Below, in pieces: positions 37,020-50,064 of a DNA stretch of 64,000 nt. Numbering within the stretch: the first letter of the stretch is position 1; every line of letters begins with the position of its first letter. The translations under genes were made by a program, and so were the position numbers. Source of the stretch: Chiloscyllium plagiosum. Lineage: Eukaryota. Under the pieces are notes generated by a model. That model did not search any database. It was not told the origin of the DNA and was given only the letters and a program-made list of their open reading frames with translations. The stretch lies in contig NC_057746.1 of the NCBI RefSeq assembly GCF_004010195.1, positions 9,171,412-9,235,411 of the forward strand, read 5' to 3'.

Positions 37020-37205
37020 CTTGATTGGCTGGCTTTCTAGTTTGTGATGCTGAGTGATGCCAACAATGTGGGTTCAATTCCAGTTGAGGTTACTATGAAG
37101 GATTCTCCTTCTCAATTCTGTCTTCCCCAGAGTGTGGAGCGCATCAGGTGAAAGCACGACTGGTTGCCTATCTCTATTGAGAGAGCAGCCTTATGGGTCT
37201 GTAAT
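37020..37205 (+). mobile_element. tRNA-derived SINE (second family)
   Basis: GGGTTCAATTCC B-box; matches the reverse complement of 1195-1392. Confidence 0.6.
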
Positions 37206-38526
37206 GACCTTACAGGGCAAGACTTCACCTCTGTCACAAAGGCTGCTTGTGAGAAAATGATGGTCATGGATTAGCAAGGATTGAGATCCACAGGAAAGCA
37301 GCCTCACAGAGATGTCAACTCTCAGTGATAGCAGCCAAAGTAATGATTGCACAATGAGATATATAAATGGAACAACTGTTCCAATGTACAGATACGTCCT
37401 CGGTTTAAAGATTTGTTGCTAGAGCTTCAATCTACAGGGCGTCTAACCACAGGCAGGTCTAATGGGTTCTCCATGTCAGTGAAAGAAGATCGTAACAGCG
37501 CAAAGCCCTTGTCCAGATAGATGCTGCCCATTTTCAGACGGCTTTTCCCTCACAAGGCCCTTGTTTTGCAACCATCCCCTGCCAGTCACCTCTGCCAAAG
37601 CAGTTAATCCCCTTCCAGTGGGATGGCAAGGCTTGCAGAGGGGATGAAAAGGAAGGAAAGATATTGACACCAATTCCATCTCGATATCTACTGCGCCTCG
37701 AGAGCCTGTTCCGCTGAGTCCTTTCAGTGTGGTGCCTGAGCAACGTGGGAGATGTCAGGACACAGGGCAGAGGGGGAGCAATCTCTGAGGCACTAACAGT
37801 GAGACACACGGAGCCCAGAGATGGGCGATGTAGGGTCAGAGAGAAACCCGGGGGTGCAGCATGAGCCCAACTAAGACAAGGAAGTGACGACAGAGGGGAG
37901 AGAGAGATGTAAGGGCACTCTGGGTTAGACCATGGGGTCAATGACACTAAGACACATGCACATAACACAGGTTGAATATTCAGTTCACTTTTCATGTCCG
38001 GAATTGAAATGAATTCGCTTTATTGTCACTCAAATGAGTCCAGTGAGAAGTTTTACAGTCACTGCATTACAGCACCATCTCAGATACAAAGGCACAGATA
38101 CTCATGTTCAAATTCTTAGAAACAAAAAAAAGTTAGGAAAGTCAAGAAATAAACAGCCCATCATTATCAGTCTTCAGAATAAACCTGAAAAATAAAAAAA
38201 AGTGAGAAGTTCAGAGTATCAGTCTTTCTGACCCACTCCACGCTGGCACCAACTCACAAAGGAGACCCCCAATACCAGGCCGCCACCAATGTAGGGGTTG
38301 CCCCACTTTAGGCGCCATCTCTTCACCGCTGGGCCCACTTCGCTGACACCACAGACCCAACACTCACCCAGCAACCAAGAGTCATTGGCTCTGCTGCCGG
38401 GACAGGCCACACTCAGCATCTCACTTTAACTGCAGTTGTTGCTTTGCGGGGCTGCCATCTTGAAGAGTCCGCTGCCTCCGTCCCCGATCACTGGACAGGC
38501 TTTGCTGCCACTACTGGGCCAAAATA

Positions 38527-39300
38527 CCAGGAGGGGAACCTCACTGCTGCCCCCTGCTGGCCCTGAACACCAGGAGGGGAACCTCACTGCTGCCCCCCAC
38601 TGGCCCTGAATGCCAGGAGGGGAACCTCACTGCTGCCCCCCGCTGGCTGTGAACACCAGGAGGGGAACCTCACTGCTGCCCCCCACTGGCCCTGAATGCC
38701 AGGAGGGGAACCTCACTGCTGCCCCCCCGCTGGCCCTGAACACCAGGAGGGGAACCTCACTGCTGCGCACCGCTGGCCCCGAATGCCTGGAGGGGAACCT
38801 CACTGCTGCCCCCCGCTGGCCCTGAACACCAGGAGGGGAACCTCACTGCTGCCCCCCACTGGCCTTGAACACCAGGAGGGGAACCTCTCTGCTGCCCACC
38901 ACTGGCCCCAAATGCCTGGAGGGGAACCTCACTGCTGCCCCCGTCTGGCCGTGAACACCAGGAGGGGAACCTCACTGCTGCGCACCGCTGGCCCCGAATG
39001 CCTGGAGGGGAACCTTACTGCTGCCCCCCGCTGGCCCTGAACACCAGGAGGGGAACCTCACTGCTGCCACCCACTGGCCTTGACCACCAGGAGGGGAACC
39101 TCACTGCTGCCCCCCACTAGCCCCAAATGCCTGGAGGGGAACCTCTCTGCTGCCCCCTGCTGGCCCTGAACACCAGGAAGGAAACCTCACTGCTGCCCCC
39201 TGCTGGCCCTGAACACCAGGAGGGGAACCTCACTGCTGCCCCCCACGAGACCCGAATGCCTGGATGGGAACCTCACTGCTGCCCCCAGCTGGTCCCAAAT
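38527..39300. repeat. 43-bp GC-rich minisatellite, about 18 copies
   Basis: unit CCAGGAGGGGAACCTCACTGCTGCCCCCCGCTGGCCCTGAACA; starts at 38527, 38570, 38613 and onward. Confidence 0.97.
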
Positions 39301-39587
39301 GATGAGAGATTGCATTCACTGCTGCCGCCTCCGATCACCAGGGGAATATCCTCACTGCCGCCGGTTCCTCCAATCACCGGGAAGAGCCACATCTGCCACT
39401 CTGCATGTGAGCCTCCCTCGCTACCATGCGTCTGTGTGTGTGGCCAGATTGTGGCTTCTATTGATATCAAAGCAAACATTCGAAGATATGAGAGTGGTGT
39501 CTGTGAAACATTCCTTCCTCACCTTCTGTGGACTCAGTATTCTTCATGAGTTGATACCTCTGGCACATACCCACTTTACAGTGCCAG

Positions 39588-40087
39588 NNNNNNNNNNNNN
39601 NNNNNNNNNNNNNNNNNNNNNNNNNNNNNNNNNNNNNNNNNNNNNNNNNNNNNNNNNNNNNNNNNNNNNNNNNNNNNNNNNNNNNNNNNNNNNNNNNNNN
39701 NNNNNNNNNNNNNNNNNNNNNNNNNNNNNNNNNNNNNNNNNNNNNNNNNNNNNNNNNNNNNNNNNNNNNNNNNNNNNNNNNNNNNNNNNNNNNNNNNNNN
39801 NNNNNNNNNNNNNNNNNNNNNNNNNNNNNNNNNNNNNNNNNNNNNNNNNNNNNNNNNNNNNNNNNNNNNNNNNNNNNNNNNNNNNNNNNNNNNNNNNNNN
39901 NNNNNNNNNNNNNNNNNNNNNNNNNNNNNNNNNNNNNNNNNNNNNNNNNNNNNNNNNNNNNNNNNNNNNNNNNNNNNNNNNNNNNNNNNNNNNNNNNNNN
40001 NNNNNNNNNNNNNNNNNNNNNNNNNNNNNNNNNNNNNNNNNNNNNNNNNNNNNNNNNNNNNNNNNNNNNNNNNNNNNNNNNNNNNNN
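39588..40087. other. Assembly gap (other gaps at 53049-53506, 59165-59224 and about 62519-63018)
   Basis: runs of N. Confidence 1.
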
Positions 40088-43000
40088 GACAATCGGTGAG
40101 GAACCCAGGACCCCGACAATTAGTGAGGAAACCTGTATCCATGACAATCAGTTAGGAATCCTGTACCACGACACTCGTTTAGAATCCTGGACCCCTGACA
40201 ATCAGTGAGGAATCCTGTACACCGACAATTGGTGAGGAATCTTGTACCCCTGACTATCGGTTAGGAAATCTGTACCCATGACAATCAATGAGGAATCCTA
40301 TACCCCGACAATCGGTTAGGAATCCTGTACCCCTTACAATAAGTAATGAATCCTGTACCGCTACAATCGGTGAGGAATCCTGTACGACTTCAATCAGTGA
40401 GGAATCCTGTACCTCAACAATCATTTAGGAATCCTGTACCCCTGACAGTAGGGAATGAATCCTGTACCGCTACAATCGGTGAGGAATCCTGTACCCCGAC
40501 AATCGGTGAGGAATCGTGTATGCCTGACAATTAGTGAGGAACCCAGGACCACAACAATCAGTGAGGAATCGTGTACCCCTGACAATTGGTAAGGAATCCT
40601 GTACACCTGACAATTAGTGAGGAATCCAGAACCCCTGACAAACAGTGAGAATTCCTGAACCCCTGACAATCGGTTAGGAATCCTGCACCTCGACAATCAG
40701 TGAGGAAATCTGTACCCCGAGTATCGGTTAGGAATTCTGTATCCCTGAAAATCGATTAAGAAACCTATACCCCAACAATGGGTGAAGAATCCTGTACTAC
40801 TGTTAATCGGTTAAAAATCCTGACCCCCTGCAAATAAGTTAGGAATCGTGTACCCCGACAATCGGTTAGGAATCCTGTACCCCGACAACTGTTTAGGAAT
40901 TCTGAACCCCAACAATCGCTGAGTAATCCTGTACCCCGACAATCGGTGAGTAATCCTGTACCCTGACAATCAGTGAGGAATCCTGTACCCCAACAATCGG
41001 TGAGGAATTCTGTACCCATAACAATCTGTGAGGAATCCTGAACCCCTGACAATCGGTTAGAAATCCTGTACCCCGACAATCGGTGAGGAATCCTGTACTC
41101 CATCAATCGGTGAGGAACCCTGTACCCTGACAATCAGTGAGGAACCCAGAACCCCCCGACAATCAGTGAGGAAACCTGTACTCCTGACAATCAGTTAGGA
41201 ATCCTGTACCACGACAATCGTATAGAATCCTGGACCCCTGACAATTGGTGAGGAATCCTGTAGCCCGGCAATCATTTAGGAATCCTGTACCCCTGACAAT
41301 AGGTCATGAATCCTGTACCCTGACAATCAGTGAGGAATCCTGTACCCCTGACAATCAGTGAGGAATCCTGTACCCCGACAATCGGTGAGGAATCCAGAAC
41401 CCCTGACAATCGGTGAGGAATCCTGTACACCGACAATCGGTGAGGAATCCTGTACCCCGACAATCAGTGAGGAATCCTGTACCCCAGACAATCGGTAAGG
41501 AATCCTGTACCCCTGACAATCAGTGAGGAATCCAGAACCCCTGAAAATCAGTGAGGAATCATGTAACCCTGACAATCGGTTAGGAATCCTGCACCTCGAC
41601 AATCGGTGAGGAAATCTGTACCCCGATTATCGGTGAAGAATCCTGTATACTGTCAATTGGTGAGGAATCCTGTACCCCTGACAATTGGTTAGGAATCCTG
41701 TATCCCTGGCAATTGGTTCGGAATCCTGTATCCCTGACAATCAGTTAGGAATCCTGTACCACGACAATCGGTAAGGAAACCTGTATCCCTGACAATCGGT
41801 GAGAAATCATTTAGGAATCCTGTACTCCTTACAATTGGTAATTAATCCTGTACCACTACAATTGGTAAGGAATCCTGTACCCCAACAATCAGTGAGTAAT
41901 CCTGTACCCCTGACAATCAGTTAGGAACCCAGGACCCCGACAATCGGTGAGGAATCCTGTACCCCGACAATCGGTGAGGAATCCTGTACCCCGACAATCG
42001 GTGAGGAATCCAGAACCCCTGACAATCGGTGAGGAATCCTGTACCCCGACAATCAGTGAGAAAACCTGTACCCCTGACAATCGGTTAGGAATCCAGAACC
42101 CCTGACAATCGGTTAGGAATCCTGCACCTCGACAATCGGTGAGGAAATCTGTACCCCGATTATCGGTTAGGAATTCTGTATCCCTGAAAATCGATTAAGA
42201 AACCTGTATCCCGACAATCGGTGAAGAATCCTATACCACTGAAAATCGGTTAAAAATCCTGTGCCCCTGTAAATAGGTTAGGAATCCTGTACCCCGACAA
42301 TCGGTGAGGAATCCTGTATCCCATCAATTGGTGAGGAATCCTGTACCACTGACAATTGGTTAGGAATCCTGTACCCTGACAATCGATTAGGAATCCTGTA
42401 CCCCTGACAATCAGTTAGGAATCCTGTGCCCCTGACAACCATTTAGGAAACCTGTACCCCTGATACTAAGTTAGTAATCCTGTACTCTGCCAATCAACAT
42501 GGATTTAGTAAAGGGAGGTCATGCCTGACAAACCTGTTGGAATTTTTTGAAGAGGTAACAAGTAGGTTAGACCAGGGAAACCCAGTGGATGTGGTCTATC
42601 TATATTAACGATTTGGATGAGGGAACCGGGGGCATTCTAGCGAATTTTGCCGATGATACGAAGTTAGGTGGACAGGTAGGTAGTACTGAGGAAGTGGGGA
42701 GGCTACAGAAGGATCTAGACCGGTTGGGAGAGTGGTCCAGGAAATGGCTGATGGAATTTAACGTGCGCAAGTGCGAGGTCTTGCACTTTGGCAAGAAGAA
42801 TGAAAGCATAGCCTAGTTTCTAAATGGTGGGGAAATTAATAAAGCCAAAGCACAAAGGGATCTGGGAGTGCTAGTCGAGGATTCTCTAAAGGTAAACATG
42901 CAGGTTGAGTCCGTGATTAAGAAAGCGAATGCAATGTTGTCTCTTATCTCAAGAGGGTTGGAATATAAAAGCAGAGATGTACTACTAAGACTTTATAAAG

Positions 43001-46000
43001 CTCTGGTTAGGCCCCATTTGGAGTACTGTGTCCAGTTTTGGTCCCCACACCTCAGGAAGGACATACTGGCACTGGAACGTGTCCAGCGGAGATTCACACG
43101 GATGATCCCTGTAATGACAGGTCTAACATATGAGGAACGGCTGAGGATACTGGGATTGTATTCGTTGGAGTTTAGAAGATTAAGTGGAGACTTAATAGAG
43201 ACGTACAAAATAATACATGGCTTGGAAAAGGTGGATGCTAGGAAATTGTTTCAGTTAAACGAGGAGACTAGGACCCGTGGACACAGCCTTAGAATTAGAG
43301 GGGGTCATTTCAGAACAGACATGCGGAGACATTTCTTCAGCCAGAGAGTGGTGGGCCTGTGGAATTCATTGCCACGGAGTGCAGTGGAAGCTGGGACGCT
43401 AAATGTCTTCAAGGCCGAGATTGATAGATTCTTGTTGTCTCGAGGAATTAAGGGCTACGGGGAGAACGCTGGTAAGTGGAGCTGAAATGCGCATCAGCCA
43501 TGATTGAATGGCGGAGTGGACTTGATGGGCCGAATGGCCTTACTTCCACTCCTATGTCTTATGGTCTTATGGTCTTATGTTTAGGAATCCTGTACCTCTG
43601 ACAATTGGTAAGGAATCCTATACCCCGACAATCGGTTATGAATCCTGTACCCAGAACAATCGGGGAGGAATCCTGTATCCCTGACAATCGGTTAGGAATC
43701 TTGTACATCTGACAATAGCTGAGGAATCCTGTACCCCGACAATCATTTAGTAATCCTGTACCCCCAATAATAGGTTAGCATTCCTGTACCCCTGACAATA
43801 GGTTATAAATCCTGTACCCCAATAATCGGTTAGTAATCCAGTACCCTGACAAACGGTGAGGAATAGTGTACCCCTGACAATCAGTGAGGAATCGTGTAAC
43901 CCAACATTCGTTAGTAATCCGGTACCCCTGTCAATAGATTAGGAAACCTGGACCCCAACAATCGGTGAGGAATCCTGTACCCCTGACAATTGGTTAGGAA
44001 TCCTGTACCCCGACAATCAGTGAGGAATCCTGTGCCCCTGACAATTGGTTAGGAATCCTGTACCCCGACAATCAGTGAGGAATCCTGTACCCCTGACAAT
44101 TAGTTAGGAATCCTGTACCCCTGACAATCAGTGAGGAATCCTGTGCCACTGACAATCATTGAGGAACCCTGTAACCCCGACAATCGGTGACACATCCTGT
44201 ACCCCTGTCAATAGATTAGAAAACCTGTACCCCAACAATCGGTTAGGAATCCTGTACCCCTGATAATCGATTAGGAATCCTGTACCCCTGACAATCTGTA
44301 AGGATCCTGTACCCCGACAATCGGTTAGGAATCCTGTACCCCGACAATAGGTGAGGAATCCTGTACCCCTGACAATCATTTAGGAATCCTGTACCCTTGT
44401 AAATCAGTTTGGAATCCTGTATCCTGACAATCTATGAGGAATCCTGTACCCTGAAAATCAATGAGGAATCCTGAATCCCTGATAATAGATTAGGAATCCT
44501 ATACCCCGACAATCAGATAGTAATCCTGTATCCTTGACAATTGGTGACGTATCCTGTGCCCCTGTCAATAGGCGAGGAATCCTGTACACCTGTCAATATG
44601 TTAGGAATCCTGTACCCCAACAATCGGTTAGTAATCCTGTACCCTGACAATCGGTGAGGAATAGTGTACGCCTGACAATCGGTGAGGAATAGTATAACCC
44701 TGTTGATAGGGTTGGAATCCTGTACCCTGACAATCGGTTAGGAATCCTGTACCCCTGACAATCAGTTAGTAATCCTGTACCCCCGATAATAGGTTCGGAA
44801 ACCTGTACCCCGACAATCGGATAGTAATCCTCTACCCTGGCAATCGGTGAGGAATCCTGTATCTCGACAAACAGTGAGGAATCCTGTACCCCTGACAATC
44901 GGTTAGGAATCCTGTACCCCTGACAATCAGTTAGTAATCCTGTACCCCCGATAATAGGTTCGGAAACCTGTACCCCGACAATCGGATAGTAATCCTCTAC
45001 CCTGGCAATCGGTTAGGAATCCTGTATCTCGACAATCAGTGAGGAATCCTGTACTCCTGACAATCGGTTAGGAATCCTGTACCCCTGACAATCAGTTAGT
45101 AATCCTGTACCCCCGATAATAGGTTCGGAAACCTGTACCCCGACAATCGGATAGTAATCCTGTACCCTGAAAACCGGTTAGGAATCATGTACCCCTGAAA
45201 ATCGGTTAGGAATCCTGTACCCCTGACAATCAGTGGGAAATCCTGTACCCCTGACAATTGATTAGGAAATCTGTACCACGCCAATGGGCTAGGAATCCTG
45301 TACCCCAAAAAGTGGTTAGGAATCCTGTACCTCTGACAGTCATTTAGGAATCCTGTGGCCCGGCAATCAGTGAGGAATCGTGTACCCCTGACACTCTGTG
45401 AGGAATCCTGTAACACCGACAACCGGTGACGCATCCTGTACCCCTGAAAATCGGTGAGGAATCTGCACTCCCGACAATCGGTGAGGAGTCCTGTAACCCC
45501 GACAAACGGTTAGGAATTCTGTACCCCTGTCAATAGGTTAGGAATCCTGTACCCCGACAATCAGTGAGGAATCCTGTACCCCTGACAATCGGTTAAGAAT
45601 CCTGTACCCCTGACAATAGGTTAGGAATCCTGTACCCCGACATTCAGTAAGGAATCCTGTAACCATGACAATTGGTTAGGAATCCTGTACCGCGACAATG
45701 GGCTAGGAATCCTGTACCCTGAAAACCGGTTAGGAATCCTGTACCTCTGACAGTCGGTTAGGAATCCTGTATCCCTGACAATTGGTTAGGAAACCTGTAC
45801 CCCGACAATCGGCGAGGAATTCTGTACCCTGACAATCGGTGAGGAATCCTGTACCCCTTACAATTGATTAGGAATCCTGTACCCCTGACAATCGGTAAGG
45901 AATGCTGTACTCCAACAATCGGTGAGGAATCCTGTACCCTGACAATCAGTTAGTAATCCTGTGCCCCTGACAATCGGCTAGTAATCCTGTAACCCTGACA

Positions 46001-49000
46001 ATAGGTTAGGAATCCTGTACCCCTGACTATCAGTTAGGAATCCTGCACCCCTAACAATCGGTGAGGAATCCTGTACCCCAAAAATCGGTCAGGAATCCTG
46101 TGCCTCTGACAGTCAGTTAGGAATACTGTACCCCTGACAATTGGTTAGGAAACCTGCACCCCGACATTCGGTGAGGAATTCTGTACCCCGGCAATCGGTG
46201 AGGAATGCTGTATCCCAACGATCGGTGAGGAATCCTGTACCTCTGACAATCAGAAAGGAATCCTGTACCCATGACAAATGGTTAGGAATCCTGTACCGCG
46301 ACAATGGGCTTGGAATACTGTACCCTGAAAACCGGTTAGGAATCCTGTACTTCTGACAGTCAGTTAGGAATCCTGTACCCCTGACAATTGGTTAGGAAAC
46401 CTGTACCCCGACAATCGGCGAGGAATTCTGTACCCCGACAATCGGTGAGGAATGCTGTACCCCAACAATCGGTGAGGAATCCTGTACCCTGACAATCAGT
46501 TAGAAATCCTGTGCCCCTGACAATCGGCTAGTAATCCTGTACTCCTGTCAATAGGTTAGGAAACCTGTACACCAACAATCGGTGAGGAATCCTGTATCCC
46601 TGACAATCGGTTAGGAATCCTGAACCCATGACAATCAGTGAGGAATCCTGGACCCCAAAAATCGGTTAGGAATCCTGTACCTCTGACAGTCGGTTAGGAA
46701 TCCTGTACCCCTGACAATCAGTTAGGAATCCTATACCCCTGACAATCGGTGAGGAATCCCATACCGCTGACAATCGGTGAGGAATCCTGCACCCCATACA
46801 ATTGGTGAGGAATCCTGCAACCCCACCAATCAGTTTGGAATCCTGTACCCCTGTCAATAGGTTAGGAATCCTGTACCCCTGTCAATAGGTTAGGAACCCT
46901 GGACCCCAACAATCAGTAAGGAATCCGGTACCCCCGATAATAGGTTAGTAATCCTGTACCCCTGACAATAGGTTAGGAATCCTGTACCCCAACAATCGGT
47001 TAGTAATCCTGTACCGTGACAATCGGTGAGGAATAGTGTACCCCTGACAATCGGTGAGGAATAGTGTAACCCTGTCGATAGGGTAGGAATCCTGTACCCT
47101 GACAATCGGTTAGGAATCCTGTACCCCTGACAATAGGTTAGGAATTCTGTACCCCAACAATCGGTTAGTAATCCTGTACCCTGACAATCGGTGAGGAATA
47201 GTGTACCCTTGACAATCGGTGAGGAATAGTGCAACCCTGTCGAGAGGGTAGGATTCCTGTACCCTGACAATCGGTTAGGAATCCTGTACCCCTGATAATC
47301 AGTTAGTAATCCTGTACCCCCGATAATTGGTTCAGAAACCTGTACCCCGACAATCGGATAGTAATCCTGTACCCTGGCAATCGGTTAGGAATCCTGTACC
47401 CCTGACAATCGGTGAGGAATCCTATACTCCTGACAATCGGTGAGGAATCCCATACCGCTGACAATAGGTTAGGAATCCTGTACCCCATACAATTGGTGAG
47501 GAATCCTGCAACCCCACCAATCAGTTTGGAATCCTGTACCCCTGTCAATAGGTTAGGAATCCCATACCCCTGTCAATAGGTTAGGAACCCTGGAACCCAA
47601 CAATCGGTAAGGAATCCGGTACCCCCGATAATAGGTTAGTAATCCTGTACCCCTGACAATAGGTTAGGAATCCTGTACCCTGACAATCGGTTAGTAATCC
47701 TGTACCCCTGACAATCGGTTAGTAATCCTGTACCCTGACAATCGGTGAGGAATAGTGTACCCCTGACAATCGGTGATGAATAGTGTAACCTTGTCGATAG
47801 GGTAGGAATCCTGTACCCTGACAATTGGTTAGGAATCCTGTACCCCTGACAATCACTTAGTAATCCTGTACCCCCGATAATAGGTTCAGAAACCTGTACC
47901 CCTGACAATCGGATAGTAATCCTGTACCCTGGCAATCGGTGAGGAATCCTGTACCCCTGAAAATCGGTTAGGAATCCTGTACCCCCGACAATCGGATAGT
48001 AATCCTGTACCCCTGACAATTGATTAGGAAACCTGTACCACGCCAATGGGCTAAGAATCCTGTACCCCAAAAAGTGGTTAGTAATCCTGTACCTCTGACA
48101 GTCATTTAGGAATCCTGTGGCCCGACAATCAGTGAGGAATCGTGTTCCCCTGACAATCAGTGAGGAATCCTGTACCCCTGACAATCGGTGAGGAATCGTG
48201 TACCCCTGACAATCAGTGAGGAATCTTGTACCCCTGACAATCAGTGAGGAATCCTGTGCCACTGACAATCATTGAGGAACCCTGTAACCACTCCCGACAA
48301 TCGGTGAGGAGTCCTGTAACCCCGACAATCGGTTAGGAATTCTGTACCCCTGTCAATGGGTTAGGAATCCTGTACCCTGACAATCGGTTAGGAATCCTGT
48401 ACCCCTGACAATAGGTTAGGAATCCTGTACACTCACATTCAGTAAGGAATCCTGTACCAATGACAATTGGTTAGGAATTCTGTACTGTGACAATGGGCTA
48501 CGAATCCTGTATCCTGAAAACCGGTTAGGAATCCTGTACCTCTGACAATTGGTTAGGTAACCTGTACCCCTGACAATCGGTGAGGAATCCTGTACCCTGA
48601 CAATCGGTTTAGGAATCCTGTACCCTGACAATTGGTTAGGAATCCTGTACCCCTGACAATCTGTAAGGAATCCTGTACCCCCGATAATAGGTTCGGAAAC
48701 CTGTACCCCGACAATCGGATAGTAATCCTGTACCCCTGACAATTGATTAGGAAACCTGTACCACGCCAATGGGCTAGGACGACAATCAGTGAGGAATGCT
48801 GTACCCCAACAATCGGTGAGGAATCCTGTACCCTGACAATCAGTTAGTAATCCAGTGCCCTGACAATCGGCTAGTAATTCTGTACCTTTGTCAATAGGTT
48901 AGGAAACCTGTACCCCAACAAACGGTGAGGAATCCTGTACCCCTGACAATCGGTTAGGAATCCTGTACCCCTGTCAATGGGTTAGGAATCCTGTACCCCA

Positions 49001-50064
49001 ACAAACGGTTAGGAATCCTGTACCCCTGACAATCGGTTAGGAATCCTGTGCCCCTGTCAATTGATTAGGAATCCTGTACCTCTGTCAATGGGATAGGAAT
49101 CCTGTACTCCCGACAATTGGTGAGGAGTCCTGTAACTCTGACAACCGGTGACGCATCCTGTGCCCCTGTCAATAGGTTAGGAATCCTGTGCCCCTGTCAA
49201 TTGATTAGGAATCCTGTACCTCTGTCAATGGGATAGGAATCCTGTACCCCGACAATCGGTGAGGAATCCTGTACCCCTGACAATCGGTTAGGAATCCTGT
49301 ACCTCTGACAATAGGTTAGGAATCCAATCCCCCTGACAATTGATTAGGAATCCTGTACCCCGACAATCAGAAAAGATTCCTTGTACCCCTGACAATCGGT
49401 TAGGAATCCTGTACCTCTGACAATAGGTTAGGAATCCAGTACCCCTGACAATTGATTAGGAATCCTGTACCGCGACAATGGGCTAGGAATCCTGTACCTT
49501 TGACAATAGGTGAGGAATCCTGTACCTCTGACAGTCGGTTAGGAATCCTGTACCCCTGACAATTGGTTAGGAATCCTGTACCGTGACAATAGGCTGGAAT
49601 CCTGTACCCTGAAAACCGGTTAGGAATCCTGTACCTCTGACAGTCGGTTAGGAATCCTGTACACCTGACAATTAGTTAGGAAACCTGTACCCCTGACAAT
49701 CGGCGAGGAATTCTGTACCCTGACAATCGGTGAGGAATCCTGTACCGCGACAATGGGCTAGGAATCCTGTACCCTGAAAACCGGTTAGGAATCCTGTACC
49801 TCTGACAGTCGGTTAGGAATCCTGTACCCCTTACAATTGATTAGGAATCCTGTACCCCTGACAATCGGTGAGGAATGCTGTATTCCAACAATCGGAGAGG
49901 AATCGTGTACCCCTGACAATTGGTGAGGAATCCTGTACTCCCAACAATCGGTGAGGAATCTTGTACCCTGACAATCAGTTAGTAATCCTGTGCCCCTGAC
50001 AATCGGCTAGTAATCCTGTACCCCTGACAATACGTTAGGAATCCTGTACCCCTGACTATCAGTT
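40088..50064. repeat. 27/28-bp satellite array (about 9 kb net), interrupted by a CR1
   Basis: unit GACAATCGGT(G/T)AGGAATCCTGTACCCC(T); diverged copies with recurring variant blocks. Confidence 0.98.
42497..43579 (+). mobile_element. Relatively young CR1 LINE fragment inside the satellite, with an internal RT deletion
   Basis: QHGFSKGRSCLTNLLEFFEEVT joined at about 42600 to YINDLDEG..FADDTKLGG; open 205-aa C-terminal ORF; (TATGGTCT)n tail. Confidence 0.93.

Noticed and set aside
38610-39549. PGGEPHCCPP repeat ORFs as a Cys/Pro-rich protein
   Set aside because: The 43-bp unit is not a multiple of 3, so all three frames cycle; this is a by-product of the minisatellite
40346-48769. Many ORFs with RIPHRLSGVQDSS/GTGFLTDC repeats
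   Set aside because: They are translations of the satellite; the frame shifts with the 27/28-bp alternation and there are no splice or domain signals
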